Below, in pieces: positions 39,544 to 60,761 of a stretch of DNA of 64,000 nt. The position numbers and the translations under genes are program-made. The notes below the pieces were generated by a model. It had not been told where the DNA came from, searched no databases, and saw only the letters and a list, made by a program, of their open reading frames with translations. The stretch's first letter is position 1. Every line of letters begins with the position of its first letter. Origin of the DNA: the human T2T-CHM13v2.0 reference genome, Homo sapiens; the NCBI RefSeq assembly GCF_009914755.1, contig NC_060940.1. One strand, given 5' to 3'.

Positions 39544-41539
39544 GTAGAGAGAGAGAGTGCCTGTACACACTATTGAATGATTGTAATTGTAATAAGTTTG
39601 CAGTGGCCTCTCTTGGATTTCTGAGTGTTGTTGTGTGATCCACAAATAACGATACATCTGTCTCTTCCTTCTCAATATTTGTATGGTATTACTTCATCTT
39701 GTGTTTTCACATTCCCTATAATTTCCGGAATGATGTTAAATAAAAACTGAGACAATTTTCTTTTCTTGCTCTTGACTTTAGTGAGAATTCCTCCCTGTCT
39801 CATCATTCATAAACATGGTGGAGCAGACATTTCTTGAGCACTTGTTCTTTTCTTTGTTGTTCGTTGATCTGAGCACTGGAGCCAGGAGAATAGAAGATGT
39901 AATGTTTTCAGCACTCACCTCTCATGATGCTTTGGTGTTTTTGTGACTTGTCTTCCCCCAAAATGAAGTTTTTTCCCAAATTATTATTTTTAAATTCATG
40001 CCTTATTTTACTGAGTTTTTCTTGTAGACTTTTTAGTTTTTCATGAGAAGTAAATGAAGACTTCCTATCTTTGGTTCTCTTTGTGTCAGAGAATTTTTTT
40101 CTGACTTTCATAAAGGAGTTTCCACTTGTTCAAATATTAAATTCCTGGGTTACAACTGTTTTTCATCAAAAGGACATGCTTTGTTTCATTGTTTCTGACA
40201 TCCATTGCAGCAGAGATGCAGGAGATAGGGACCAGTTCAGTCTCTGCTTCTTGGTTTGTGATCAGCACCCCTGTTCCTTGATAGAACTAAAAATCACAAT
40301 GTGTGTCTAGAAGTGCTTTATTTTCCCTTTCTTAGGTAATCAGTGAGTCCTTTCATTTTTCATATTTTGGTTCCCCCTCCCCCTCTCCTTCCCTCTCCTC
40401 CTCACCTCCAGAGTCCAGTAGCCTCTGGGTATAAATTCTGGGTGTAAATTCCAACTCTGTCCCCTGAGGTTATCACAGACTTGAAAACTCTGAGTAGGTT
40501 ACTACCTTTTCTAGCCCTCAGTTTCATCATCTTTAGAATTAGTATAAAATGATATCTTCCTCATAGATAAGACGTGAGAATTCGATGTGATAGTGCTAGG
40601 TGTAGTCATGTTAATATGAATATATTTTATATTTCAGGATTTCTAGTTTGTAATTTCTAGGAGCATTATCAACATATCATCTATAGAAACCACGATAACA
40701 GCAATTTCTAAATAATTTTAACCTTTTTCATTTTTCTTCTGCATCCAGAAAGAGCTCTGCAAATTTGTTTTGCTCAACGAGGTGATGAAATTTCCCGTAT
40801 TGTCAATTCAGCTCTTCACCACCTTTAATGTTTTAATCCCATAAGTCATTCTTCGTTTCCTTGAATTAATTCCTTAACTCCATCAGGTTTCCCTTTCCCC
40901 ATTCAGCAAATTGCCTCATTATTTCTTCTTATTTTACAAAGTCTGTGTTTTCTATGATTTCCTTGAGAGTGGAAAGCAGATGGTATCTAAAATTTCCTGA
41001 GCAATTCTGCTTGAAAATATGATCCTCCTCTGCTTGTTGTATGTTATGTTTAAATCCTTTTTCAAAGTTACAAGTTCTTTTCCTAGGCCTCTTGTGGTGA
41101 TGGAGGTGGTGTTTGTTCTTTAAATTTATCCTTGGATGTCATATACTAGCTTGTTATTTGCCCCCCAAAACCGCACAACATTTTTTTCTAGGGTTTTATC
41201 CTGTCCTCCCTTAGGCCATTGGGAGCCTTATCTCAGACCTTGTAAGACTATTGTATGATGAAACGAGATAATGTGTTTAAAGGGCTTAACCCATTGGCTA
41301 ACACTTAATATTAACACTTAATAATTGCTTAGTTACTATTATTGTCTATTACTGTTATTACAGTATTTTCTCAAGCTGAAGAGGAGGTTGATCTAGGTTG
41401 GCATCAGCAGGTCAAGGGTACCCCAACCTCAGGTGGGGTACACAGGGGCTTGGGACCAAAGCAGTTCCATCATCTTCTCCTCCAAGTGTGTTAAGACCCC
41501 AGAGCTTGTGTCTGTTTGGTTGATTGCTTGGATGAGTGG

Positions 41540-41992
41540 TGTCAACCTAAAAAATTTTCAGAGGAAAATATCTCCTAATATGATAAATTTATTCACCAGT
41601 AAAAAAGGATTATAATCCCAGATGCACGGCTGTAGCAAGCCACAGATACACTTGAGGAGGGGAGGACAAAGGGAAGCTTTTATTGGCAAAAGGAGAAGTT
41701 CACATAAGCTGCTTAGAAACAGAATTCATTGATTTTGGAGACTGAAAGCCATAGCTGGCATCAGTTCATTGGTGGAGATGCCGTTACTGGGCAGGTATTC
41801 TTTCGAAGGCATCTTATCTGAATTACTGCAGTCCTAAAGAAGGAATTTCTTGTGGGATTATATTAGAAAGTCCTTGAGACAGTCTTTATCTCAGACATGC
41901 GAACATGAGCTCTCCCACTTCATGATTTCCCGCCTCTAATTTGATTGGTTCTGACAAAAAGTGATTTCACCCTGGTATCGGCAACTTTCACG
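41540..41992 (-). mobile_element. ERV1 solo LTR (MER67-like) with 4-bp TSD
   Basis: Ends gtgatttcaccctggtatcggcaactttcac; TSD GTGG at 41536-41539 and 41993-41996. Confidence 0.72.
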
Positions 41993-42127
41993 GTGGGATG
42001 ACTGAATCAGTCCTCTTCCTTGATGTGCTGGCTACTGAGCTGGGCTGTGCCTGACCCCGGACTCCTATCTTTGTGTCTCTAAGAAGATCCTTATGGGATT
42101 CTGTTCAATTTGCCTCAAATTACTTCT

Positions 42128-42591
42128 TTTTAAAAAATTTTTATTTTAATTTTAAGTTCTGGGGTACACGTGCAGGGTGTGCAGGTTTGTTACACAGGTA
42201 AACGTGTGCCATGGTGGTTTGCTGCACCTATCAACCGAAGACCTAGGTCCAGCTTGCATTAGCTATTTTTCCTAATGCTCCCTCCCCTCAGGACCCCACT
42301 CCCCGACGGGCCCCATTGTGTGTTTTTCCCCTTTCTGTGTCCATGTGTTCTCATTGTTCAGCTCCCACTTATAAGTGAGAACATAACAGTGTTTGGTTTT
42401 CTGTTCCTGCGTTAGTTTGCTGAGGATAATGGCTTCCAGCTCCATCCATGTCCCTGCATAGGACATTATTTCATTCCTTTTTATGGCTACATAGTATTTC
42501 ATGGTGTATGTGTACCATGTTTTCTTTATCTAGTCTGTTATTGATGGGCATTTGGATTGATTCCATGTCTTTGCTATTGTGAATAGTGTGC
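42128..42591 (-). mobile_element. 5'-truncated L1PA 3' end
   Basis: L1PA 3'UTR plus ORF2 C-terminus relic (MKYYVAIKRNEIMSYAGTWMELEAIILSKLTQEQKTKH). Confidence 0.92.
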
Positions 42592-43039
42592 CCATGGTAA
42601 TTTACTTCCAAATACTTACCTCTGCAGTGCACATTGCCTACATCTCTCAGAGTATTGGTAAGTAGATGGCACTCTTTTGTTAATTCAGCACAGGCACAAA
42701 GGTTTGCCATTTTGATTTTTCTCTGGTCAATTCATCTGTGTATGTGAGTGCAAGCGTGTGTGTGTGTGTATGTGTCTACGTGGGGGCAGGACATTAGTCC
42801 AATCCTCGTGCCTCCATTTTCCTCAAGTCCCCTACTCATGAAGTGCCAGCTCAGTGGCCATTCCCCATGCTCTCCCAGACAGTCCAGGGAGAAGTGGGAG
42901 TTACATCCACCAAATCCCTGTGCCAACCGTGTGCACTTGTACTGTGATAGTGAACACAATCCATTTTATATTTATTTAAAGTGTTTGTCTTCTCCAGCTG
43001 CTATCATATTTTCTAGTGTGGAGTCTTCTTTTGCTCATT

Positions 43040-47075
<4,036 letters not shown>

Positions 47076-47563
47076 CATTCTTTTACTCATTTTTATATTG
47101 CTAATGCAGTGCCTAGCATATAATATGGGCTTTCAGTAAATATTCCCTGAATGACTTAGCAAGTTAAAATTAAATAAGTACATAAATGAAAGATAGGAGT
47201 GATTTCACTTTCTCAAGCTGTGTTTTCCCCCGGTTGTATAAATTATGCATCACATAGTTTTCAATTAAATGTCCTTATTTCCTCATTTATGTTTTGTAGC
47301 TTTGATTTGAATATTTTTAAGTGTGAGAAAAAGCAAAACTCAGGAGAAAAAAAATGGACTTTTGAGTGAGACAGATTTGATGTTAAATATCAGCTGTGTG
47401 ACCAAACAGATAATGTATCTTTAATCTTCAGCTTCTTCTTTTGGAGAATGACAATGATGGCACTTGATTAATTAAGAAACGGTTGGTGGTGAGCTACAAA
47501 ACTGCTGGCTTAAAAAACAACAAAAAATTGGTTTATTTAACAGAAAAATTTCACAAATGACTA

Positions 47564-48389
<826 letters not shown>

Positions 48390-48390
48390 G

Positions 48391-48525
48391 CCCCCAGCTG
48401 CATCCAAGTTACTGCAAAGGACATGATTTTGTTCTTTTTTTAGTGCTGTGTAGTATTCCATGGTGCATATGTACCACGTTTTCTTTATGCGGTCTACTGT
48501 TGATGGGCATTGAGGTTGATCCCAT
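48391..48525 (-). mobile_element. L1P internal fragment
   Basis: ccagctgcatccaagttactgcaaaggacatga...tagtattccatggtg...tgatgggcatt. Confidence 0.75.
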
Positions 48526-48994
48526 CAGATTTTCTTTTCATATGAATCACATGAGATATTGTCAAAATACAGATTTTGTTTTGATCATTTCTAACCAGCT
48601 CCTAGGTGAGGCTGAAGTTGCTGCTCTGAGGATCACACTTTGAGAAGCTAAGTCTACGGGACAGGGAATACATACTCCATGTGGCAAATGTCACAAATAT
48701 CTAACCTCACCTACATCCCTAGCCTCATCTTCCATTACGTCCCAGCTCACACCACATGCTGCAGCATTGCCTAAATGCCCACAGGATTTACATCTCGGTA
48801 AACACTGTACGTGTCCTTCCTGCTGTGCAGCAACTCTATCTTCTCTGCCGTTTCCCTTTCAAGTCTTACTATTGCCTAATAGTCTTCTAGTCTTTTTTGG
48901 AAAGTTTATTTGACATGCCTTTTCAGGTTTAATTAAGAGATTTTCCTGTAAATTTCCATGACACCAAATTCTTCTTACCTCTCTTCTCCTATAG

Positions 48995-49309
<315 letters not shown>

Positions 49310-49469
49310 TAAATTGTTAAGCAGGATTCCCACTTTTAAGGTACAAGAGATTCAGTTCAATTTACCTCTTATAGAAAGAATTTTCTTGGTTCATGTAACT
49401 GAAAACTCCTGGAGGTAGGTGTGGTTACAGATATGGCTCAACTCACAGACTAGATAAACAACACTCACA

Positions 49470-50680
<1,211 letters not shown>

Positions 50681-50736
50681 GGAATGCAGCAGAAAATTAA
50701 ACAAGAAAGAAAAACTTGTGGGACGGGCAGAAATAG

Positions 50737-51176
<440 letters not shown>

Positions 51177-51761
51177 TAACCACCATGGTACCCCATCTTT
51201 TCCACAGCTACAAGATCTGCTGTATGGTTGTGGAGTAAATGAATGCATTTGCAATGATTTCTGGTGTAATTGCACGTTGTCCAGATAATGGAGCCACAAA
51301 TTCAGGAAGGCATAAGACATATAGAGACGCATCTTCATGCTAGGGTTGGTGCAAAGGCCAGCCTTCGCACATCCATCTCAGGACTAGTGCATTTGTCTGT
51401 GAGTGAAGCATGCCTGGAGAAATTAGACCTGCAGGATTTGCTGGATTGAACCTGATGGTGACAGTGGATGGGACACAGTGACCATGCAGCGACATGTCTG
51501 TGTCCATATGTGGACTGTGCAGAAAGCAAATCTGAACAGCTTAGTCTGTTTCACTGCTTTGGAATAGGAAATGGCAAACAAGAAAGTTTATTCTTGAGGG
51601 AGGAAGAGTGTCCAGTGACTTTTGTGCACAGAGGGTTGTGTCACTTCTTTGCTTAATCTCACCCATGTGTTCCCCATCATTGAAGTGTGAATTTCACCCC
51701 CGTGGGGCTGGGTGCAGGGTTTGTGGGGCCCTCTATATACAATTTTGGAGTCTTTCTTTAA

Positions 51762-52056
<295 letters not shown>

Positions 52057-52059
52057 ATA

Positions 52060-52180
52060 AGTATTATATTTTTAAAAGCAAGCAAATATATGACTGTATG
52101 AACCCTCCTAGGGCCTTGGATGGGCCCCAAGCATGTGAGGGGCTAACTGAAACTTCAGCTTCATTAGCTTCATGGTCAAC
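52060..52180 (-). mobile_element. MER53-like hAT fragment
   Basis: agggccttgga...cttcagcttcattagcttcatggt. Confidence 0.55.
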
Positions 52181-53059
52181 TTTTGCCCAAGGATTTTTAG
52201 ATAATCTACATCTTCCTTAACTCACTCAACTCATCACCTGGTAACTCCTACCCTCAAGCCTCCACTCAGCTCCAGCCTCACGAAACTTTCCACTGCTCCC
52301 TGAATTCTCTAAGCTAATGATTTTCAATATCCATTTGGCCCAATGTCCCTTTTTTATAACAATTATTTTGGAGGGCCTTCTCAAATGAAATTCATAGATA
52401 ACATAATCAATTTACATGTATAACTAAAAATCAAAATAATGATCTAATTGGAATGATCTTATGTTTGCTTGCTTTTAAAAATCTAAAGGAGAAATAAAAT
52501 AAAGGGAATTTATTATAAAATACATATATATTCTATGTGAAGTACTTGGTCATGATTTATACCAAAATCCCAATCATGTGACCATGATTTACTACTCACC
52601 CTCCGTGGCTTTGCAGGGCATGGTGCCTTCCTAGTTGGAAAGCTGCATGAGACCATTTCTGACTCTAATTTTAGCATACCTTGTACCTCCATTCTGGGCT
52701 ACCTTTAGGGACTGTCCTATCTTCTAAAATCCTCCAGACGCAAGGTGGAGGCCGTGGCCCTCATCTCATCACTTCCGAAAGCTTCCATTGACAGTCAGAG
52801 GCGATCGATACCTTTGCCATCTGTACCTCCAGCACCCGTCCAGACTCGTGGACTGTCTTAGGTGCACCACATCATTCCAACTGATGTCTGATCTGCTTCA
52901 TATGATTCATTATTTTTGTCCAAAGGTAGAGGTGGTGGCAGAATTGTGAGACTTCAGGCAGAGATAAGGCTAGAATTGTCTCTATTTATGATTCCAAGAG
53001 GCTAGAACATAAACGGAATCAGAACTAAGAGTATGAATCTCTGGTGTTGATTTCAGAGG

Positions 53060-53502
53060 TGTCTTAGTCTTTTTTTTCTGTTGCTTGTAACAAAGTACCC
53101 CAAACTGGGTAATTTATAAATAAAAGGAATTTATCTCTTACAGTTACAGGCTTACAGGCTACGAAGTCAGGCTTACAGGCTACGAAGTCAGAGGTCGAGG
53201 AGCCACACCTGGTGAGGGCTTTCTTGCTGGTGGGTTCTCTCCCCAGAGTCCCAAGAGGTGACACAGGGCATCACATGGTGAGGGGGCTGAATGTTCTAGC
53301 CTAGGTCTCTTTTCCTCTTATAAAGCCACCAATCCCACTCCCGAGATAACCCATTAATCCATTAACCCATGAATGGATTGTCCATTCATGAGGGCAGAGC
53401 CTTTATTATCCACACCTTAAAGGCCCCACCTCTCAATACTGGCACATTGGGAATTAGATTTCAACATGTGTTTTGCAGGGGACAAAAATTCAAACCATAG
53501 CA
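53060..53502 (-). mobile_element. MST (B/C-like) MaLR solo LTR
   Basis: actgggtaatttataaataaaaggaatttat...ccattaatccatt...aaaggccccacctctcaatact...ttcaaaccatagca. Confidence 0.88.
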
Positions 53503-53519
53503 AGCTGCATTGCATTTCA

Positions 53520-53725
53520 AAGCTGCAGTTTGAGTCTTAGCTCTTCCCTTTACTAGCTGCATGGCTTTGGCAGGTTATTTAACCTTCTCACTCTTCAGTG
53601 TCCTCAACCTTAGAGTTAATAACAGTACTTGCCCAATGGGGCTGTTGATAGAGTAAAATGAGAGATGCTTGCAAAGTGGTTGCATGGACTGGCACGTATG
53701 TAAATGCTTAGTTAATATGGCTGTG
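53520..53725 (+). mobile_element. MIR SINE
   Basis: tttactagctgcatggctttggcaggttatttaacc. Confidence 0.7.
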
Positions 53726-53768
53726 GTTTCAGAACGCCACTACTCCAAGATTCTTGGACAGACTAGTA

Positions 53769-53990
53769 CAGAGGTTGGCGAATTTCTTAGGAAAAGGGCC
53801 AGATAGGAAGTGTTTTAGGTTTTGAGGGTCATACAACCTCGTTGCGGCTACTTAACTCTGCTGTTATAGTGTAAAATCAGCCATAGATAATATGTAAATG
53901 AATGAATATGTCTGTGTTCTAATAAAACTTTATTTACAAAAATAGGCAGCAAGCCATATTTGGCCATGGGCTATACTTGACTCACGGCTG
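53769..53990 (+). mobile_element. MER58A
   Basis: aaagggccagatag...ctacttaactctgc...aataaaactttatttacaaaaataggc. Confidence 0.82.
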
Positions 53991-54582
53991 TACTAAAGGA
54001 TCAGATAACAAGATGGATGGTACCCAGAAGAGAGAAAGTATAACGTGGCAGTTAAAAGCCTGAGTGATGTTTCTGTGCCTTTTCTTTTATCTTTTAATAA
54101 AAATGGGATTATATTTTGCAATCTGTTCTGTATCCTATTTTGTATTTATTCATCAACATACAGAGGACATATTTTAGGTAAATAACTGTATTTATACAGC
54201 CTCATTTTTATTGCTTACATTAGTAATTCACTGTATATGGTTGAACCATGATTTCAACTGTGCCTCTGTGGCTAGGGATATAGATCCAGTTTTGCTTATT
54301 GTGGTTCACAATCACATATTTGTTACATCATTTAGGTAATACCTTTCCCCCACCAGACTGTATGTCACTGGAAGGCAGGAATTAGTGTGTACCGGTAAGC
54401 ACATGCCTGAAACTTGGGAGTCATAAAATCCTTGTCTTGACACCACTGTCTCGCGGCAAGCCAGCCTACTTCTTCCAGCCAAGGTTTCTTCACCAGTAAA
54501 TACAGATCCAGATGGAATAGTGTGAGGGACACGTGACCTAATGTTTGTAGAAGGCTTTGGAAACTGCAAAGCAAATGTTCTA

Positions 54583-54946
54583 TGCTATGGGCTAAAAGTT
54601 TGTGTATCCCCCAAAATCCATATGTTGAAATTTAATCTCCAGTGTGATGGTATTAGGAGGTGGGGCCCTTGGGGGTGATTAGATCATGAGAGTGAAGTTC
54701 TCATAAACTGGATTAGTGCCCTAATAAAGGGGCTGAAGGGACCAGAGTTGTTCCCTTCCATCAAGTGAGCACACAGCTAGAAGGTGTCATCTATAAACCA
54801 GAAAGCAGGCCCTTGCTAGACACTGAATCCACCAGCCCCTTGATTTTGGACTTCCCAGCCTCTGGAACCATGAGAAATAAACTTCTGTTGTTTAAAAGCT
54901 ACTCAGTTTCTGGTATTTTTTGTAGCAGCCCAAACAGACTAAGTCT
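54583..54946 (+). mobile_element. MLT1A0 MaLR solo LTR
   Basis: tgctatggg...catatgttgaaat...ttggacttcccagcctctggaaccatgagaaataaa...acagactaag. Confidence 0.9.
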
Positions 54947-56233
54947 AAAGTGTCACTAGGGTTGCAAAACATCTTCTTTTTTGGCTTAATGTGACATTTA
55001 TTTTCTTGCTGGCCAAGGAGAGAACATACTTATTTCCCATGAGAAATGTCAGCTCTATATCATGAGATAGGAAAAAACATTGCTTCTCTGAAGGCCTTTG
55101 ATAAAAAATTAGGAAAGTTAGAAAATAAAAGCAAGTGAGGAAAGAAACTACCTGGGCGTCTACATTTAGTTACCATGTAACACTATAAAAGCTCTTAACC
55201 TCATGTTTGATTGTTCAGTTCAGTTTTAATTTCTTTCTATTTTTATTCCCACTTTTTTTTTTCTTTTGCATTCATTGATGTTCTCAGTAGTGGTGATATC
55301 TGAAGACAGAGGATGGATTCAGAGATAGAGACAGAGAGGCTAGAGCTCAAACTGTGAAAAGGTATTATTTCAAAGAACTGTGCTGGGTGCAAACTTGTCA
55401 GGCATATAAACTGGGGTTCCATGCAGGACCCCAGATTCTACAGGGCCTGCATGGAAGTCAGGGAAACTGAGGCAGAAGAAAGGGAGTCAGAAGGGGATTA
55501 CCCCGGGGTCACCCAATTCCTAGCTCTTTGCTGATCGGACCACCATTCTCTTCCTAGGAAGATTAGGTTTGAAAAACATGGTAGGGTGGATCCATTGCTG
55601 GGGGCCTCTGAGTCTGCGATCCTGTAAGTTTGTGAAGGACCAGAATAGATGCACACACATAACACATATAATATGTTATTGCACACAGAGTTTTCTTTCA
55701 TCATTCCACTGCAGCCTGGGCCTTCACTCTCCTACAACATCCAAGGGAAGTTTCCCCAGGCAACATCTCAGTCCTCAAAGGGTCATGATCCCACCACAGC
55801 CCTGTGCAGTTTATGTTGGCACGTGACTGGTCTGCAGAAAGGCAGCTTTCCATAGATGAAATGCACTCAGAGATCACAGATTTCCCCCTGGAAGTCTTAA
55901 GCCCCTTCCTTCCTAATTCGGTGGGATTGTGAGACTTGCTTCTGCCTGCAAAAATGCACGGCCGTCTGTTTTGCGCTGGTGGTTCTAGTCATTAATCCTC
56001 AGAATTCAGTGATCACTCACAGAACTGTGGTCCTGTGTGAAATGTCAACTCCGCTAGACACGTCCGGGAGGAAGTGCTTTGTCATTCATAAGACAAAGAC
56101 TCTTTAATAGCGGGAGGGATATTTTCCAGTCATGCTATGGGTTGTCTGTCTGTTGGAGAATAGACAGGCTGAGGGATTTGACATTCATTGGCCTGTCTTT
56201 TCCGGGACTGGAATCCCGAGGAAATGCCCATTA

Positions 56234-56563
<330 letters not shown>

Positions 56564-56826
56564 TTACACCAACTCATGATGATTCTCATGTAAAGTACAG
56601 AGGGAGCTGTGGTTCAGGCCCTGAGTTTGCCTGATGGACAATTGCTTACTGACCACCTGTGCTGTCTTTCAGTGACTGACTGTTGACAAGCCTGGGTAGG
56701 GCCTCTGAAGAAGGCAAATCTGAGGTCAAATGCCATTTTGCTACTTCACAGCTGAAGGAACTTGGGCAAGTTAGGACAGCTCTTTGACCTTGTTCTTTGT
56801 GTGACATGAAACATTTTTACTATTTT

Positions 56827-57300
56827 CTTTTTTGTTTTTTAAGGCAGGGGCTTTCTCTTGTGGTCCAGGCTATTGTGCGGTGGTGCAGTCATAGCTCACT
56901 GTAGCCTCGACCTCTTGGGCTCAAGAGATCCTCCTGCCTCAGCCTCCTGAGTAGCTAGGACTACAGGTGCATGCCACCCTGCCTGGCTAATTAATACAAG
57001 TTTTGTTGTTGTTGTTGTTGTTGTTTATTTTTATTTTTATTTTTTTGTAGAGACAGATTTCTTTATGTTGCCGAGGCTGGTTTCAAACTCTTGGCCTCAA
57101 GAGATCTTCCTGCCTCAGCCTCGTGAGTAGCTAGGACTACAAGCAAGCACCACCAGACCTGGCTAATTTTTTAAATTTTTTGTAGAGACGGGGTTTGGCT
57201 ATGTGGACCAGGCTTATCTTGAGCTCCTAGGCTCAAGTGATCTTCCTGCCTTGGCCTCCCAAAGCGTTGAGATTACAGGCATGAGCCACTGCCCCTGGCC
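56827..57300 (-). mobile_element. Trimeric AluJ (left + extra monomer + right)
   Basis: Three monomers separated by T-rich linkers; single TSD TACTATTTT at 56818-56826 and 57301-57309. Confidence 0.85.
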
Positions 57301-57448
57301 TACTATTTTTTTAAAATTCATTTTTCAGCTTGATGATTGGTCCTTAGGACCAAGTCGAATAAGTGGAATTGATGAATGAAGAGTTTACTCATTTTAGGGC
57401 TTTGCTATAGCTTTTTTGATGCCCCAGAAAGCTCCTATCAATATGTAG

Positions 57449-57746
<298 letters not shown>

Positions 57747-58075
57747 GCACCTTTGAATTTTTTAGTGATGCTAAATCTGTTATCACTCATTTGATTATGA
57801 CATTTGCATTTTTAGGTGGATTGACAGGTTTACTTATGTCCTTTGCCCATTTTTTCTAATGTGTTTTCCTCATATTGATTTATAAGAATTCTTCACATAG
57901 TAATATTCCTAGCTCTGCATTTGTTTGGTCTGTTGCAATAGCTTTTCCTCTATGATCATTTTCTTTTTAAAGCTACTTATTTTATAGATTGTTTTTATTT
58001 TTATCTGAGTAAACCTATCAATTTTTTCCATATGCTTTCTTTCTTTGTAAAATTGCTTTTAGAAAGGCTTTCGCT

Positions 58076-58338
58076 GCTGGGCACGGTGGCTCACACCTGT
58101 AATCCTAGCACTTTGGGAGGACGAGGAGGGTGGATTGCCTGAGCTCAGGAGTTTGAGACCAGCCTGGGCAACACAGTGAAATCCTGTCTCTACTAAAATA
58201 CAAAAAATTAGCTGGGCATAGGGGCATGCACAGGCACTGAGGCAGAAGAATTGCTAGAACCTAGGATGTGGTGGTTGCAGTGACCTGAGGATCGTGCCAC
58301 TACCCTCTAGCCAACTCCATCTCTTAAAGAAAAAAAAA
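58076..58338 (+). mobile_element. Diverged Alu with right-arm deletions
   Basis: gctgggcacggtggctcacacctgtaatcc...A tail. Confidence 0.88.
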
Positions 58339-58550
58339 GGTTTTCTCTTCTTGGCAGTCACAGCAGTGGAGCTTTGCATATTTGAGACTTCTCCTTTAGT
58401 TTAATGAATCAGATGTCTCATAGACTGGCTTTCTGCATCTACTTGTCTTGTTTTTCATCCTCTCCTGTATTTGTGATGCCCGGTATGTCTAGGCCCAGTC
58501 TATTCTTTGAAATCTCTGTAGGTGAAAAAGGACTGTTCTGGGAAGTCCAG

Positions 58551-58887
58551 CGTCTTAGTTCATTGGGGGCTCTTATAACAAAACACTGTAAACCTTGTGG
58601 CTTGTAAACAATGGAAATTTATTTCTCACCGTTCTGGAGGCTGGGAATTCCAAGATCAAGGTGCCAGCAGATCTGGTGTCTGGTGAGAGCCTGCTTCTCA
58701 CTCTTGCCTCACTCAAGAGGTCTCTCTTGAGCCTCTTTTAGAAGAGTATTGGTCCGATTTATGAGTGCTCTACCCTCGTGACCTCCTCTCCTCCAAAACG
58801 CCTCACCTCTTAATACTACCACCTCGGGGAGTTGGATTTCAACATATGAATTTTGGGGGGACACAAATATTCGGTCAGACCATAGCA
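58551..58887 (-). mobile_element. MLT1A0 MaLR solo LTR
   Basis: gaaatttatttctcaccgttctggaggctgggaattccaagatcaaggtgccagcag...tcagaccatagca; near-TSD TCCAG/CCCAG. Confidence 0.88.
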
Positions 58888-58959
58888 CCCAGCTACTCCT
58901 AGACTTTATTTTTTCTCTTGGGAGTAGGAATGGTCTCTTGGCCTTGTGATGATACAAGG

Positions 58960-59051
58960 ACTTCCCAGTTGTGACAACCAGAAATGTGTGCAGATATTGC
59001 CAAGTGTCCCTTTGTGGGAAAGCAAGGTTGCCCTCTGCTGAGGACCACTGG
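58960..59051 (-). mobile_element. MER20 fragment
   Basis: ccagttgtgacaacca...attgccaagtgtccc...gaggaccactg. Confidence 0.8.
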
Positions 59052-59081
59052 GTTAAGGAGAACTCTTCAGGTCCCTGATAG

Positions 59082-59467
<386 letters not shown>

Positions 59468-59979
59468 CACAGGATTACTTTTAATAACAGCATCGTGTTT
59501 TCTTAGAAAGGGACCTGCAATTCAAGCCCCAGCTTCTTCTTTACACTTAGTTTTGCACCTGCTATGTTTAGGAAAGATTCCCAGAAATATGTGCCAAGTG
59601 GCCATAATTGTGCATTCCAGAAAAGGGGATTTCTTTAGCCCAGGGAACTCTTTCTATTCAGGGATGCTCTTACACGTTGTGTTTTCTGCTTCTTGATTTC
59701 CCTCAGGACTTAGGTTTGTGAAACACAGAGATCTAAACTTCTCAAAGACAAAAGCAAGAGAAAGACTTGTTTCTCTCTGTTTCTGCAACTCCTTTCCTAC
59801 GATAATGACTGCTTGTTTGTCCAAAAGGAGGAAGCACCCCCAGGTAAAAGGAATTGCAGGGATGAGGTATGTAGTTCATTATACAACTCCTCCCCACCTT
59901 AATTTTCCTTTCATCATTTAGGATGATTTATTATTTATTGGAATTATAAGATTTTCAGGAAGTCTTCTCCAAGGCCACT

Positions 59980-60293
<314 letters not shown>

Positions 60294-60761
60294 TAAGGCC
60301 ACTGTTTTTTTATATATTCTCTTATTTTTTGCCTTATTTTGACTTAAATCAGAAAGTAATAAAATTTGCTAACAGCCTAAAAAGCAGTAGAGAACTTGAA
60401 TAAAGTGATGTGAAGTCTGTTTGGAGAGGGAAACAAGAGTGAACTGAGCTGAGGAAGCACTGTGCCTGGCAACAGTGTGAGTCATTCGTCTTGGCAGCCC
60501 TGGGAGAAACAGGGCTAAGTGTGGAGTGCAGTTCACTGAGCTTGGGCTGAGAGGGCCCTGGCTGAGTCAGGTGCCCCTGAAGGGAAGACACAGAAACAGG
60601 GAGGTCTGCTGATAGGGAGGCCTGGCTCAGACAGACTCAGGATACCTCCAGGGAGAACCAAGACCTGGCCTGAATACTCAATGAGCAAATCCGATCCTTC
60701 CACATACTGTTTATGGCCAGATATGGGACATTGCCAGCACAGCACTCTCCCAGTTGCCATG

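Larger units (their letters stand above)
36905..41170 (-). mobile_element. Highly diverged L1ME tract hosting MER5A, MLT1A, L2, MIR and satellite insertions
   Basis: T-rich antisense L1-like sequence (cattccattgtg...aatttatta, ttagaagtggaatttctgg, aattttggaatcatgttgtcaagttcc). Confidence 0.55.

Noticed and set aside
60300-60345. T-rich tract as the decayed poly(A) tail of the TRAF7 retrocopy
   Set aside because: No clear polyadenylation signal or matching TSD, and I cannot trace 3'UTR homology that far; left uncalled.
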